NCBI GenBank assembly: GCA_964615305.1
Contig: CAZTNA010000007.1
Location: forward strand, 326-64,325
DNA: 64,000 nt
Direction of reading: 5' to 3'
Source: an uncultured Chitinophaga sp.
Lineage (GTDB): Bacteria; Bacteroidota; Bacteroidia; Chitinophagales; LD1
Position 1 is the first letter of the stretch. Each line of letters opens with the position of its first letter. The notes beneath the pieces are model-generated. The model had not been told where the DNA came from, made no database searches, and worked only from the letters and a program-made list of their open reading frames with translations. Both the position numbers and the translations under genes were made by a program. Below, piece after piece: positions 39,559-48,330 of this stretch.

Positions 39559-41469
39559 TTACTGCTTTACAATTTTTCTTACAGAAGTTCCTTTCAAAGA
39601 ATTCAATCTGATAAAATAAATTCCACTGGCGAAACAGTCTGCATTGAGAATTGAGAATTGAGATTCTATTTTTTCTGTACTCATTACTTTTCCGGACAAA
39701 TCATAAACAGTTAACTCGCTTCCAATATTATCCTCAGTTGTTACAATACGAATTTCATTTCCCGAAAACGGGTTTGGATAAACTGTAAACTGCAACTCGT
39801 CATTCGCAAATTCTTTAACCGCTGTAACGCCTGTAACATTTACAACTACTTGGGCTGTATCGCATGCGCCAAGATTATCGCACACACGGTATGCAAGAGT
39901 ATCAACAGCAACAATCCCCACACTAGGAGTATAATAAATATCGTTGCTGACAACTGTTGCCGTAGCACCCGGAATAAGCGGTGAACCTATTAAGTCAACT
40001 GAAAAAGGGTCTGAAAACAAACCTCCATCATTATTGAGAACTCTTACTACTGTATCATTCAGATAGGTGGTAGTTACATAATCATTGTTTGCTCTTGGTT
40101 CAGTATACGCTGTAAAATTGTCTATAGCAAAATAGGCAGGGTTGTTCATGCCAAATCCACCTGCCGTATCTGTTGATGAAAGAAGGAATTCAATACTATC
40201 TACATCGCCTAACGGTTTTAAATCAACCCAGCGCCAATCGCGAACAATGTAATCGTCCGCACTGTTGGTAGAACGGAAGTCAGCAAGGTAGAAGTCTACC
40301 GATTGTGCTTTCAATGCTCCATTCAGCCATCCTACAATTCTCATCATGTACCAGTCAGGGTCGGTGCTGTTTACTCCTCCAAATTTCTTGGCAAAAGCAT
40401 CTCCGTTTTTCATGCTCAGGTAAGCATAAGTGGCATTGGTTACATAAAATCCTTCTACCGTTTTCCCTTTTGCACCTCCATTCAAACGGATTCTTGCATC
40501 ACCGTAAGTGTTGGCAACAGAATAATTATTTGAACCGTTATATCCGTTCGCTGTGATGGCGCTGTATTGATTGCCTACACCAGCCGTAGTGCTGTCTTTC
40601 TTATTTGAGTAAGAAAATCCGCTCCAGAATGCACCGTTGTTATTGTTTCCGAAATGAGCATTATCACTGGTGAATCCGCCACTAAATTCAGAGCCGTTCC
40701 AAAAAGTATCAACAGGCAAAGTTAGCTCTTCAAATCCTCCGCTAACTTTCACAGGAATGTTTTCGGCAGTAGTGAAATTATCTATCACAAAATAAGCGGG
40801 GTTGTTCATGCCAAAACCACCAACTGTATCTGTTGATTCCAAACTGAAAATTAAACTGTCTACACTCCCCAGAGGCTGCAAATTAACCCAGCGCCAATCA
40901 CGCACTATATAATCCTGTGTGCTGTCGGGAGAACGGAAATCAGCCAGATAAAACTCTACTGATTGAGTTTTCATTACCCCATTGCTCCATCCGTTAACTG
41001 TCAAACGGAACCAATCAGGGTCGGTGCCGCTTGCTCCTCCGAATTTCTTGGCGAAAGCATCTCCGTTTTTCATACTCAGATAAGCATAAGTGGAGTTAGT
41101 AAGATAAAATCCTGTTACAGTTCGCCCAGAAGCACTTCCTAAAAGACGAATTTTAGCTTCACCATAAGTAGTAGCTACCGCATAATTATCGGAACCACTG
41201 AATCCGCTTGCTGTAATCACGCTGTACTGGTTTCCTGTACCGCTGGTCGTGCTGTCCGTTTTGTTTGAGTAAGAAAAACCGCTCCATAAACCACCACTGT
41301 GGTTATTGGTGAAATAAGCATTGCCGCTTGCAAAGCCACCGCTTAAATCACTGCCGTTCCAGAAGGAGTCGATAGGCAACAGCAGATTTTCAAAAGTAGA
41401 TACTGTTTGAGCGAACAGAAAACTTGCCATCAGTGTGGCGCACATCAGAAGGTTGAATTTTTTACTCAT
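39559..41469 (-). CDS. Tandem DUF4465-like protein with Ig/cadherin-like module and T9SS type A sorting domain
   Basis: Two roughly 210 aa copies (LPIDSFWNGSDLSGGF... and LPVDTFWNGSEFSGGF...), an NNDGG-type module, and the C-terminus VYPNPFSGNEIRI...GIYFIRL. Confidence 0.75.
   Translation of the reverse strand: MSKKFNLLMCATLMASFLFAQTVSTFENLLLPIDSFWNGSDLSGGFASGNAYFTNNHSGGLWSGFSYSNKTDSTTSGTGNQYSVITASGFSGSDNYAVATTYGEAKIRLLGSASGRTVTGFYLTNSTYAYLSMKNGDAFAKKFGGASGTDPDWFRLTVNGWSNGVMKTQSVEFYLADFRSPDSTQDYIVRDWRWVNLQPLGSVDSLIFSLESTDTVGGFGMNNPAYFVIDNFTTAENIPVKVSGGFEELTLPVDTFWNGSEFSGGFTSDNAHFGNNNNGAFWSGFSYSNKKDSTTAGVGNQYSAITANGYNGSNNYSVANTYGDARIRLNGGAKGKTVEGFYVTNATYAYLSMKNGDAFAKKFGGVNSTDPDWYMMRIVGWLNGALKAQSVDFYLADFRSTNSADDYIVRDWRWVDLKPLGDVDSIEFLLSSTDTAGGFGMNNPAYFAIDNFTAYTEPRANNDYVTTTYLNDTVVRVLNNDGGLFSDPFSVDLIGSPLIPGATATVVSNDIYYTPSVGIVAVDTLAYRVCDNLGACDTAQVVVNVTGVTAVKEFANDELQFTVYPNPFSGNEIRIVTTEDNIGSELTVYDLSGKVMSTEKIESQFSILNADCFASGIYFIRLNSLKGTSVRKIVKQ
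40111..41397 (-). repeat. Intragenic tandem duplication (2 x about 630 nt) encoding the two DUF4465-like domains
   Basis: The protein copies are offset by exactly 220 aa. Nucleotide stretches such as AATTTCTTGGC[A/G]AAAGCATCTCCGTTTTTCAT are shared by both copies. Confidence 0.85.
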
Positions 41470-41569
41470 CGTTAGATGGTTTAAATGGTTTAAAAATTCG
41501 CCCCGAAAAATGAATGGATGAGATAGTGAAACCGTGCACTGTTTCCGTTCTCTGCCTTTCTTCCCGAAA

Positions 41570-41732
41570 GCTTTTAACTAATTTGCTAATGGCAGGTCTT
41601 CTGGTTTGCTCTGTTTCTGCCGCCTTCCCGTTTTACCAGTGGCTATTGAGGCAGAACCTATTTTAGAGCTTACAGCAGCGGGTACTACTCAGGATTTACA
41701 CCTGATTCCCTATTATGGTTAGTGCATACAAA
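41570..41732 (-). promoter_or_regulatory. Cobalamin (B12) riboswitch aptamer
   Basis: The minus strand reads AATAGGGAATCAGGTGTAAATCCTGAGTAGTACCCGCTGCTGTAAGC ... GCCACTGGTAAAACGGGAAGGCGGC ... AACCAGAAGACCTGCCATTAG. The last segment is the B12 box, with its complement at 41591-41604. Confidence 0.9.
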
Positions 41733-41825
41733 CATACACATCACCACCCTCAGCGGTGGCAAATAAAATTAATTTTATTTACAGCTCGTGAAATTTTTTT
41801 GTGAGCATTACGTTTCATGGTTAAT

Positions 41826-42140
41826 ATGAAAAAACGCCTTCTCGTTGCAATATGCGCCCCTTTGCTTTTGGTTAACTCGTGCCAAAAATGTTTCGACTGC
41901 AAACAATACTGTGCTTATTGTGTTCAAACCGGCAATACAGGTGTGATTGTAAAAGTATGCGCCAGCAAAGATGTAGCACATACCAAAATTGACTCTCTTT
42001 ATTACGCTTATAAAGCGTCTGGATATAACTGCAACTTATTAAACAATGAAAAAAAGGTGTGTGATAACAAAAACAACATTAACGATGCTACAGATTACTA
42101 CCAACTGCAAGATTACTTTTGCAACCCTTGGGAAGATTAA
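41826..42140 (+). CDS. Small cysteine-rich lipoprotein
   Basis: MKKRLLVAICAPLLLVNSC lipobox; 10 further Cys in about 85 aa, including CQKCFDCKQYCAYC. Confidence 0.55.
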   Translation: MKKRLLVAICAPLLLVNSCQKCFDCKQYCAYCVQTGNTGVIVKVCASKDVAHTKIDSLYYAYKASGYNCNLLNNEKKVCDNKNNINDATDYYQLQDYFCNPWED

Positions 42141-42197
42141 CCACTGTTAATATTTCATTTTACTCTTTTGTCTCTTACATAAAATATTATAGAAATT

Positions 42198-42947
42198 ATG
42201 AAGCAACAGCTTTTATTACTGCTCACCATTCTGTCAGCATTACATGTGTCAGCGCAAAAAAACGATACAAAAAAGGAAAAGAAAACTGTAAAAGAGGTAA
42301 TTAACGAACTACCTGAAATGCTGATAGCCCAACCTGATGCAGGTGTTGACACAAACGCAAATAAACTGATAAATGATAACGTAGCTATGGCAATTCCTTT
42401 ACTATGGAAAGAAAAAGGCCTTCAAACAATTATTGAATTTAAACTACAGAAAACAAATACCGAACCACTGCAAGCTACTATGCCTTTACCCGACAAACAA
42501 CTGGCACAAGCTGTTGTAATTAATTCCGGAACAATCAAAAAAATGCCTGCGGAAAAAAAGCAAGCTGTATTGACGCAAATCAGAAATCATCTCGTTTCAT
42601 TTTACAAAGAAGCCGGTACAACGGTAAGTACACAGGAGTTGAATGAGAAACTATTGGCTATGCAAATAAGCAGCGAGCCGTTTACCACCAACAGTGGAAT
42701 AAAGGGTGATTTGCTTTTATTTCATGATGTAAGTAATGAGCAATCTGCACTTAACATTTTGTTCTTAGCACCGGCTACAGACCATTCCAAAACGTTTTTT
42801 GCCCAAGTTAACTATATACGCTATAACTACGAAACCACATTTCCCGAAGATCCTCTTGAATGGAAAATGTTTGTATATGAAGATGAACAAAAATCATACG
42901 TTGACTTTACCAAAAACATTATCAAAACCCTGCAAATACAACAATAG
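42198..42947 (+). CDS. Secreted hypothetical protein
   Basis: Signal peptide MKQQLLLLLTILSALHVSAQ; no recognisable domain. Confidence 0.55.
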   Translation: MKQQLLLLLTILSALHVSAQKNDTKKEKKTVKEVINELPEMLIAQPDAGVDTNANKLINDNVAMAIPLLWKEKGLQTIIEFKLQKTNTEPLQATMPLPDKQLAQAVVINSGTIKKMPAEKKQAVLTQIRNHLVSFYKEAGTTVSTQELNEKLLAMQISSEPFTTNSGIKGDLLLFHDVSNEQSALNILFLAPATDHSKTFFAQVNYIRYNYETTFPEDPLEWKMFVYEDEQKSYVDFTKNIIKTLQIQQ

Positions 42948-42984
42948 AAATCATGCTTTGACAGTGGGTTGATTTTTTACTTTA

Positions 42985-44859
42985 GTGCGCGTGAAAAACT
43001 TCTATACTGCTTGTTTGTGTTTTTTGTGTACTCATACTTTTGCTCAGGGTTTTTGGAGCAACAACGGGCTTGTATCAATTAAAGACAGTTCTTTTCTTTC
43101 GATTATAGGCGACTGCTACAATCAGACAAATGGTATCTATAACAATACCGATTCAATTTTCCTGACGGGCAACTGGACTCATGATGCAGCGAACCGTTGC
43201 TTCGACTCTATTAATACAGGGTGGGTATATCTGTACGCTGCCGACCAGCGAATAATGGGCAACAGCGAAACTCATTTTCATAATCTGGTTTTAAAAAATG
43301 ACGGAATAAAATATGGAGATATTGATGTGTATGTTGATGGTACACTATACTTGAATGACAGAGAGTTTAACCTTGACACAAATACAGTTCATGTATTAAA
43401 CCCACAAGTAAACTCCGTTGACAGAACAAGTGGTTTTATTTCTGCTCTAGGCACGGGTGGCTTGTTACGCAGAACCAATCAAACACAACTTTATCTGTTT
43501 CCTTTGGGTTCTACAGTTGGCACGTATCGTTACCGTCCCGTAGAATTTACTCCTGCAGCCACCAACGTTAACCACTACAAAGCGCGCTTTGCAAATGCCG
43601 ATGCTACAACAGAAGGCTTTGACAGAAATGTGAAACATAACCGCGTATGCGTTATAAATAACTTGTGGTATCACCGTTTGTATCACCCTTATGGAAACGA
43701 CTCTGCCGATATTTCTATACTCTACGATATAGCAGTTGACGGAAACTGGAACGAAATAGTTCATTGGCAGAATATGCCGCAATGGGAGCCCATTCTACGT
43801 GATACTATTTTACCAGGCAGTCCGCTTTACCGTATGAGCAAATTTCGTTGGCATAACTACAACGCCTCACCCTTTGCCCTGGCAACAATTTCACCGCTAA
43901 AACTTACCGGTGAGCAAAGCAATGTTACCTGCTTTGGCTATAACAACGGGTTCATAAATACATTTGTAACAAATGCCGATACCGCCTACACCATACTATG
44001 GAGCAATGGAGATACTTCGCAAAACATTAGCAATCTGGCTCCCGGCACTTATACTATTGTACTGAGTGAAGCTAATCGCTGCGAACAATCACTTTCGTTT
44101 TCCATTACCGAACCAACAGCAATTTCGTCATCTATATTTAGCGTGAATGATTCGTGTTTTGGTGCAAGTAATGGCTACGCAGAATTAAGCGTAAGCGGAG
44201 GCACTCCACCTTACATTTTTTTATGGGACAGCACCATTACTACACAAAATATCTATAACCTGCCTGCAGGATTATATACTGTGCTTATTACCGATTCGCA
44301 AGCATGTTTTAAAAACGACTCTATACTTATTACTCAACCCGACCCGGTGCCCTATGCCATTGCCGGAGTTGATACCCTGATTTGGAGAACCGATACTATT
44401 CAACTGAATGGTTTTCTCGGATCCACTTATCATTGGTTGCCAGATTACAATTTAAGTTGTGTAGATTGCTATAACCCTATGGCCTGGCCAGATACAAATA
44501 CCACTTACTATCTTACCCTAACTGATGATATTGGCTGTCATTTTAAAGACAGTGTGCGAGTAATGGTGCGCGATAAACCTTTTACCAAATTTTTTATTCC
44601 AAATGCAATAACACCTGATAATAATGACGGGTTCAATGATTTTTGGAACATCCGCGATTTGGAACGATACCCCGAAAACGAAGTACGAATAATAAACCGT
44701 TGGGGCGATGAAGTTTTCAGCGCATCCCCGTATCAAAACAATTGGCGCGGAACATGGAAGGACGAAAACCTTCCCGGAGCTACTTACTATTACATACTGA
44801 AAATAAAACACAACGGGCAGGAAGTATTGTTTGATGGTCCATTGACAATTATTAGGTAA
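42985..44859 (+). CDS. SprB-repeat protein with gliding-motility-associated (T9SS type B) C-terminal domain
   Basis: Repeats NVTCFGYNNGFI...WSNGDT and DSCFGASNGYA...GGTPPY. C-terminus FIPNAITPDNNDGFNDFW...INRWGDEVF...W.G. Confidence 0.8.
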   Translation: MRVKNFYTACLCFLCTHTFAQGFWSNNGLVSIKDSSFLSIIGDCYNQTNGIYNNTDSIFLTGNWTHDAANRCFDSINTGWVYLYAADQRIMGNSETHFHNLVLKNDGIKYGDIDVYVDGTLYLNDREFNLDTNTVHVLNPQVNSVDRTSGFISALGTGGLLRRTNQTQLYLFPLGSTVGTYRYRPVEFTPAATNVNHYKARFANADATTEGFDRNVKHNRVCVINNLWYHRLYHPYGNDSADISILYDIAVDGNWNEIVHWQNMPQWEPILRDTILPGSPLYRMSKFRWHNYNASPFALATISPLKLTGEQSNVTCFGYNNGFINTFVTNADTAYTILWSNGDTSQNISNLAPGTYTIVLSEANRCEQSLSFSITEPTAISSSIFSVNDSCFGASNGYAELSVSGGTPPYIFLWDSTITTQNIYNLPAGLYTVLITDSQACFKNDSILITQPDPVPYAIAGVDTLIWRTDTIQLNGFLGSTYHWLPDYNLSCVDCYNPMAWPDTNTTYYLTLTDDIGCHFKDSVRVMVRDKPFTKFFIPNAITPDNNDGFNDFWNIRDLERYPENEVRIINRWGDEVFSASPYQNNWRGTWKDENLPGATYYYILKIKHNGQEVLFDGPLTIIR

Positions 44860-44991
44860 AATGATTCGCAGATTGATTGATTTGAAAATTATAAGATGAC
44901 AACGAACAGAAACAAAAAACAGGTTGTACACCAATGGTGCGTAGGTTCGGTGCCAACTTGTTTCTATCAATATTTTGTCGTTACAGGGCAA

Positions 44992-45981
44992 ATGATTTGT
45001 TGTTTTTCAGTAAAAACATCTTTAATTTTTCTTGCTTCTTGTACTTTGTGCCTTACATCTGTTTATGCTCAGCAGGTTGAATCGTTCTCGTTGGTACGTG
45101 AGAATGCTTTTGTACTGAACCCAGCCATAGCGGGCAACGAAGGATTTATACATGGAGTAGCTACATTTAGAAAACAGTTTACTCGTATCACCGAATCGCC
45201 CTATACAGCCATGTTTGCCATGCATGGCGAAATTAAAGAGAAACACTTGGGCATTGGTGGTTACGTAATTCATGATGTTACAGGACCAACCGGAAAAACA
45301 TCAGGTACCGTATCAGTTGCCTATCATGTTCCATTGCAAAAAAAGTATGGAACCCGTTACACTAATGGCAGAGCTAACCATGTTTTAAGTTTTGGAGCAT
45401 CATTAAGTTTTGTGCAGTATCGATTACGTGCCGATAAGCTAGAATTAGATAACCCGGGAGACCCTCAACTTTACACTTCACGTGGGTCTAAGTTTTTCCC
45501 GGATGCATCGTTTGGCATTTATTATAAATGGAAAGACAAACTGTTCGCAGGCATTTCGGTTCCTCAAATAATGGGATTAAACATTGACTACCGAGGCACA
45601 GATGGCGAAGCCAATATTAAAACCGTTCAACACCTTAATTTCTTAATTGGCGGAACAATTGAATGGGCACGCGGCAATTTCAACATTCAGCCTGTAGCTG
45701 CTTTACGTTGGGTAAAAGGTGCACCACCACAAGGTGATGTAGGTTTGCGTTTTTGCATGTATAAAATTTTCTGGATTGGGGCTAACTATAAGAGTGTAAA
45801 CTATTTGATATTTGAAGGCGGCTTTAATGTAAAAGATGTTTTTCGAATTGCCTACGCTTACGATTTTGGGGTTTCGAAATACCGTAAAGATATTGGAAGC
45901 ACACATGAAATATGTGCAAGTTTTAACATTCCTAAGTCCGGAAAAATTTGGCGTGGAGTTGGACCAGTTCTGAGGTTCTAG
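44992..45981 (+). CDS. PorP/SprF-family T9SS outer-membrane protein
   Basis: LNPAIAGNEG motif and beta-barrel pattern. Sits immediately downstream of a type B CTD cargo gene. Start chosen at the signal-peptide Met. Confidence 0.8.
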   Translation: MICCFSVKTSLIFLASCTLCLTSVYAQQVESFSLVRENAFVLNPAIAGNEGFIHGVATFRKQFTRITESPYTAMFAMHGEIKEKHLGIGGYVIHDVTGPTGKTSGTVSVAYHVPLQKKYGTRYTNGRANHVLSFGASLSFVQYRLRADKLELDNPGDPQLYTSRGSKFFPDASFGIYYKWKDKLFAGISVPQIMGLNIDYRGTDGEANIKTVQHLNFLIGGTIEWARGNFNIQPVAALRWVKGAPPQGDVGLRFCMYKIFWIGANYKSVNYLIFEGGFNVKDVFRIAYAYDFGVSKYRKDIGSTHEICASFNIPKSGKIWRGVGPVLRF

Positions 45982-46058
45982 TTTCAGTCACCTGCTGCTA
46001 CTGATAGTTGTTTGGCTAAACATCGAGTAATTACAAGTTTAAATACCAGCCATTCTTG

Positions 46059-46082
46059 TGCCCATGTTAAAATGCCCATGTT
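46059..46082 (+). repeat. Exact direct repeat TGCCCATGTT x2 (14-nt period) in the promoter region of the M43 protease gene
   Basis: Read directly: TGCCCATGTTAAAATGCCCATGTT, 55 nt upstream of ATG 46137. Confidence 0.8.
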
Positions 46083-46136
46083 GGTTTCGAATGCATCCGA
46101 ACGTGTGTCTGCCAATGTTTTTTATGTTCGCTCCCC

Positions 46137-48242
46137 ATGAAAAAAACAGCCTTAATTGCTTTAGTATTATTTATACTAGTGATACAGTTTTCTACTGCGC
46201 AACAAAACTGGTGCAACAGTATTTCTAACCTCGAAAACAGAATGTTAAATGATGCTGTTTTGGCGCAGCGCTTTGATGCATACCGTTATGAAATGCAGCG
46301 CTTATCTGGTGAAGAAAATTCCCGTGCGCTCACAGATATAATCTATATCCCTGTAGTTTTTCATATTATTCATAATGGAGATGCAGTGGGGCAAAATGAA
46401 AATATTGCTGACTCCAAGATTTATGAACAGATTGAAGCACTTAACGAGCAGTTTAATATGCTGGATGCTGACACAGCAACTGTGCCATCAGTTTTTAAAC
46501 CGCTTATAGCTAAAACATACATTAAGTTTTGTTTGGCGAAGTTTACAGAAAGTGGTCAGCCTACCTCAGGTATAGTGCGTCATCAATATGCTGCAGCAAG
46601 TTGGGATAACGAAAACAGTATTGACAATACAATAAAGCCCGCCACCATTTGGGATCATAACAAATACCTCAACATCTGGACAGTGAATATGGGTGGTTCA
46701 TTACAATCTGACGGGGTATTGGCTTATGCAACATTGCCATTCAGCGCAACTGCTGATGACGATGGGGTAGTTTCGCGGTTTGGTGTTATTGGTAACTCAT
46801 CGAAAACTATTGTGCATGAAGTAGGCCACTGGCTTGGTCTATTACATATATGGGGGTTTAATGACAACTGTAACGATGTAGGTGATTTTATCAGCGACAC
46901 CCCTGACCAGGCAGGTTTAAACTTTGGGTGCCCTGTTTTTCCGAGCGTATCCTGCAATAACGGACCAAATGGCGACATGTTTATGAATTATATGGACTAT
47001 ACGAATGATAATTGCAGAAGCATGTTTACATTAGGGCAAAACAATGCCATGCGCAATACACTTGACAATGCGCGTGCATCAATAAAAAATTCAGCTACCC
47101 AGTGTTTCTATAGTCTCGATGCTGCTATCATTAATTTAATTTTTCCGGCAGACACAGTATGCAATCTGGAGTTTCGCCCGGTAGTTACTTTGAAAAATGA
47201 GGGCGTGGCTACACTTACATCAGGCAAATTTTATGTACAAATAGATGGTGGTAACACTCAAATAATTGATTGGTATGGAACTTTGCAAACACAAACAGAA
47301 ACTCAGATTTCGCTTAATTTACAAACGGTAAACACCGGCACTCATGCTATTACAATAACTTTTGGTAATGCCAACAACGGCACTGATAACTTTAACGGCA
47401 ACGATAGCAAGACAAAGACCTTTTATGCTTACGATGGTGGTGTTGGAGGTGCTGTTCCATTAACTGAAGGTTTTGAAGGAAATTTCCCTGCAACAAACTG
47501 GACAGTAATAAACCCAAACAATGACGCTACCTGGGCTCAGAGCAGCAATGGTGGTGGGTTTGGACTAAGTGCTCGATCCGCTGCTATGAACAACCTTAAT
47601 TTTGGAACCAACCCCGGAAAAAGAAAAGATGCTATATTAACTGACATCTATGATTTCAGCAGCATACAATATCCGGAACTTCGTTTCGATGTAGCATACG
47701 CACCTTATAGTGCCGGGCGCAATGACTCATTAAACGTTTATTATAGCCTGAATTGTGGAAGCAGCTGGACAAAACTTTGGAACCAAAAGGGTATGGAGTT
47801 AACTACTGTTTCAGGTTTTAAAACCACTACTTTTATTCCAAACTACAACGAGTGGAAAACCGTTACCCTTCCCCTACTGGCATTATCTGGCCAACAGAAA
47901 GTGATGTTCAAGTTTGAAAATGTGTGTGGCTGGGGAAATGTGATGTATCTCGACAACATTAATCTGCGAAATAACCAACAACTTAGCATTCAAGATGTTT
48001 CGAGCGTTTCAATAAAAGTATTCCCTAATCCGGCAAACAGTTTACTAGGAGTTCGTCTTCCTGATAATCATTCTTTCTATAGCGTTGCTTTGATAAACAG
48101 TTTAGGACAAACAGTATTGGAATCGCCACTAAATAGTAGCTCAGAAATAATCTCCACCGAAAACATACCCGAAGGTATCTACTTTTTGAAGTTTATAGGA
48201 AATGATATAACACAAACAGAAAAAGTAGCTATCTCTCACTAA
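46137..48242 (+). CDS. M43 (pappalysin/ulilysin-like) zinc metalloprotease with T9SS type A sorting domain
   Basis: HEVGHWLGLLHIWG zinc motif. C-terminus VFPNPANSLLGVRL...GIYFLKFIG. Confidence 0.85.
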   Translation: MKKTALIALVLFILVIQFSTAQQNWCNSISNLENRMLNDAVLAQRFDAYRYEMQRLSGEENSRALTDIIYIPVVFHIIHNGDAVGQNENIADSKIYEQIEALNEQFNMLDADTATVPSVFKPLIAKTYIKFCLAKFTESGQPTSGIVRHQYAAASWDNENSIDNTIKPATIWDHNKYLNIWTVNMGGSLQSDGVLAYATLPFSATADDDGVVSRFGVIGNSSKTIVHEVGHWLGLLHIWGFNDNCNDVGDFISDTPDQAGLNFGCPVFPSVSCNNGPNGDMFMNYMDYTNDNCRSMFTLGQNNAMRNTLDNARASIKNSATQCFYSLDAAIINLIFPADTVCNLEFRPVVTLKNEGVATLTSGKFYVQIDGGNTQIIDWYGTLQTQTETQISLNLQTVNTGTHAITITFGNANNGTDNFNGNDSKTKTFYAYDGGVGGAVPLTEGFEGNFPATNWTVINPNNDATWAQSSNGGGFGLSARSAAMNNLNFGTNPGKRKDAILTDIYDFSSIQYPELRFDVAYAPYSAGRNDSLNVYYSLNCGSSWTKLWNQKGMELTTVSGFKTTTFIPNYNEWKTVTLPLLALSGQQKVMFKFENVCGWGNVMYLDNINLRNNQQLSIQDVSSVSIKVFPNPANSLLGVRLPDNHSFYSVALINSLGQTVLESPLNSSSEIISTENIPEGIYFLKFIGNDITQTEKVAISH

Positions 48243-48270
48243 CTAATTCAGATTAGTTTTGATTGTATTT

Positions 48271-48317
48271 AAAACAAGAACCCGTTTCGAAAACTCGAAA
48301 CGGGTTCTTGTTTTTTT
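48271..48317. terminator. Strong bidirectional terminator
   Basis: ACAAGAACCCGTTTCGA pairs with TCGAAACGGGTTCTTGT, flanked by an A-run and a T-run. Confidence 0.85.
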
Positions 48318-48330
48318 CAGCAAAGACCTC

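Noticed and set aside
41742-41760. Hairpin GCCACC-GCTGAG-GGTGGT (minus strand) considered as a terminator
   Set aside because: It has no U-run and lies between divergent genes, just upstream of the riboswitch aptamer. It is more likely part of the 5' leader or coincidental.
44518-44991. 157 aa minus-strand ORF spanning the cargo / PorP-SprF junction
   Set aside because: It is antisense to two well-supported genes and has no recognisable features.
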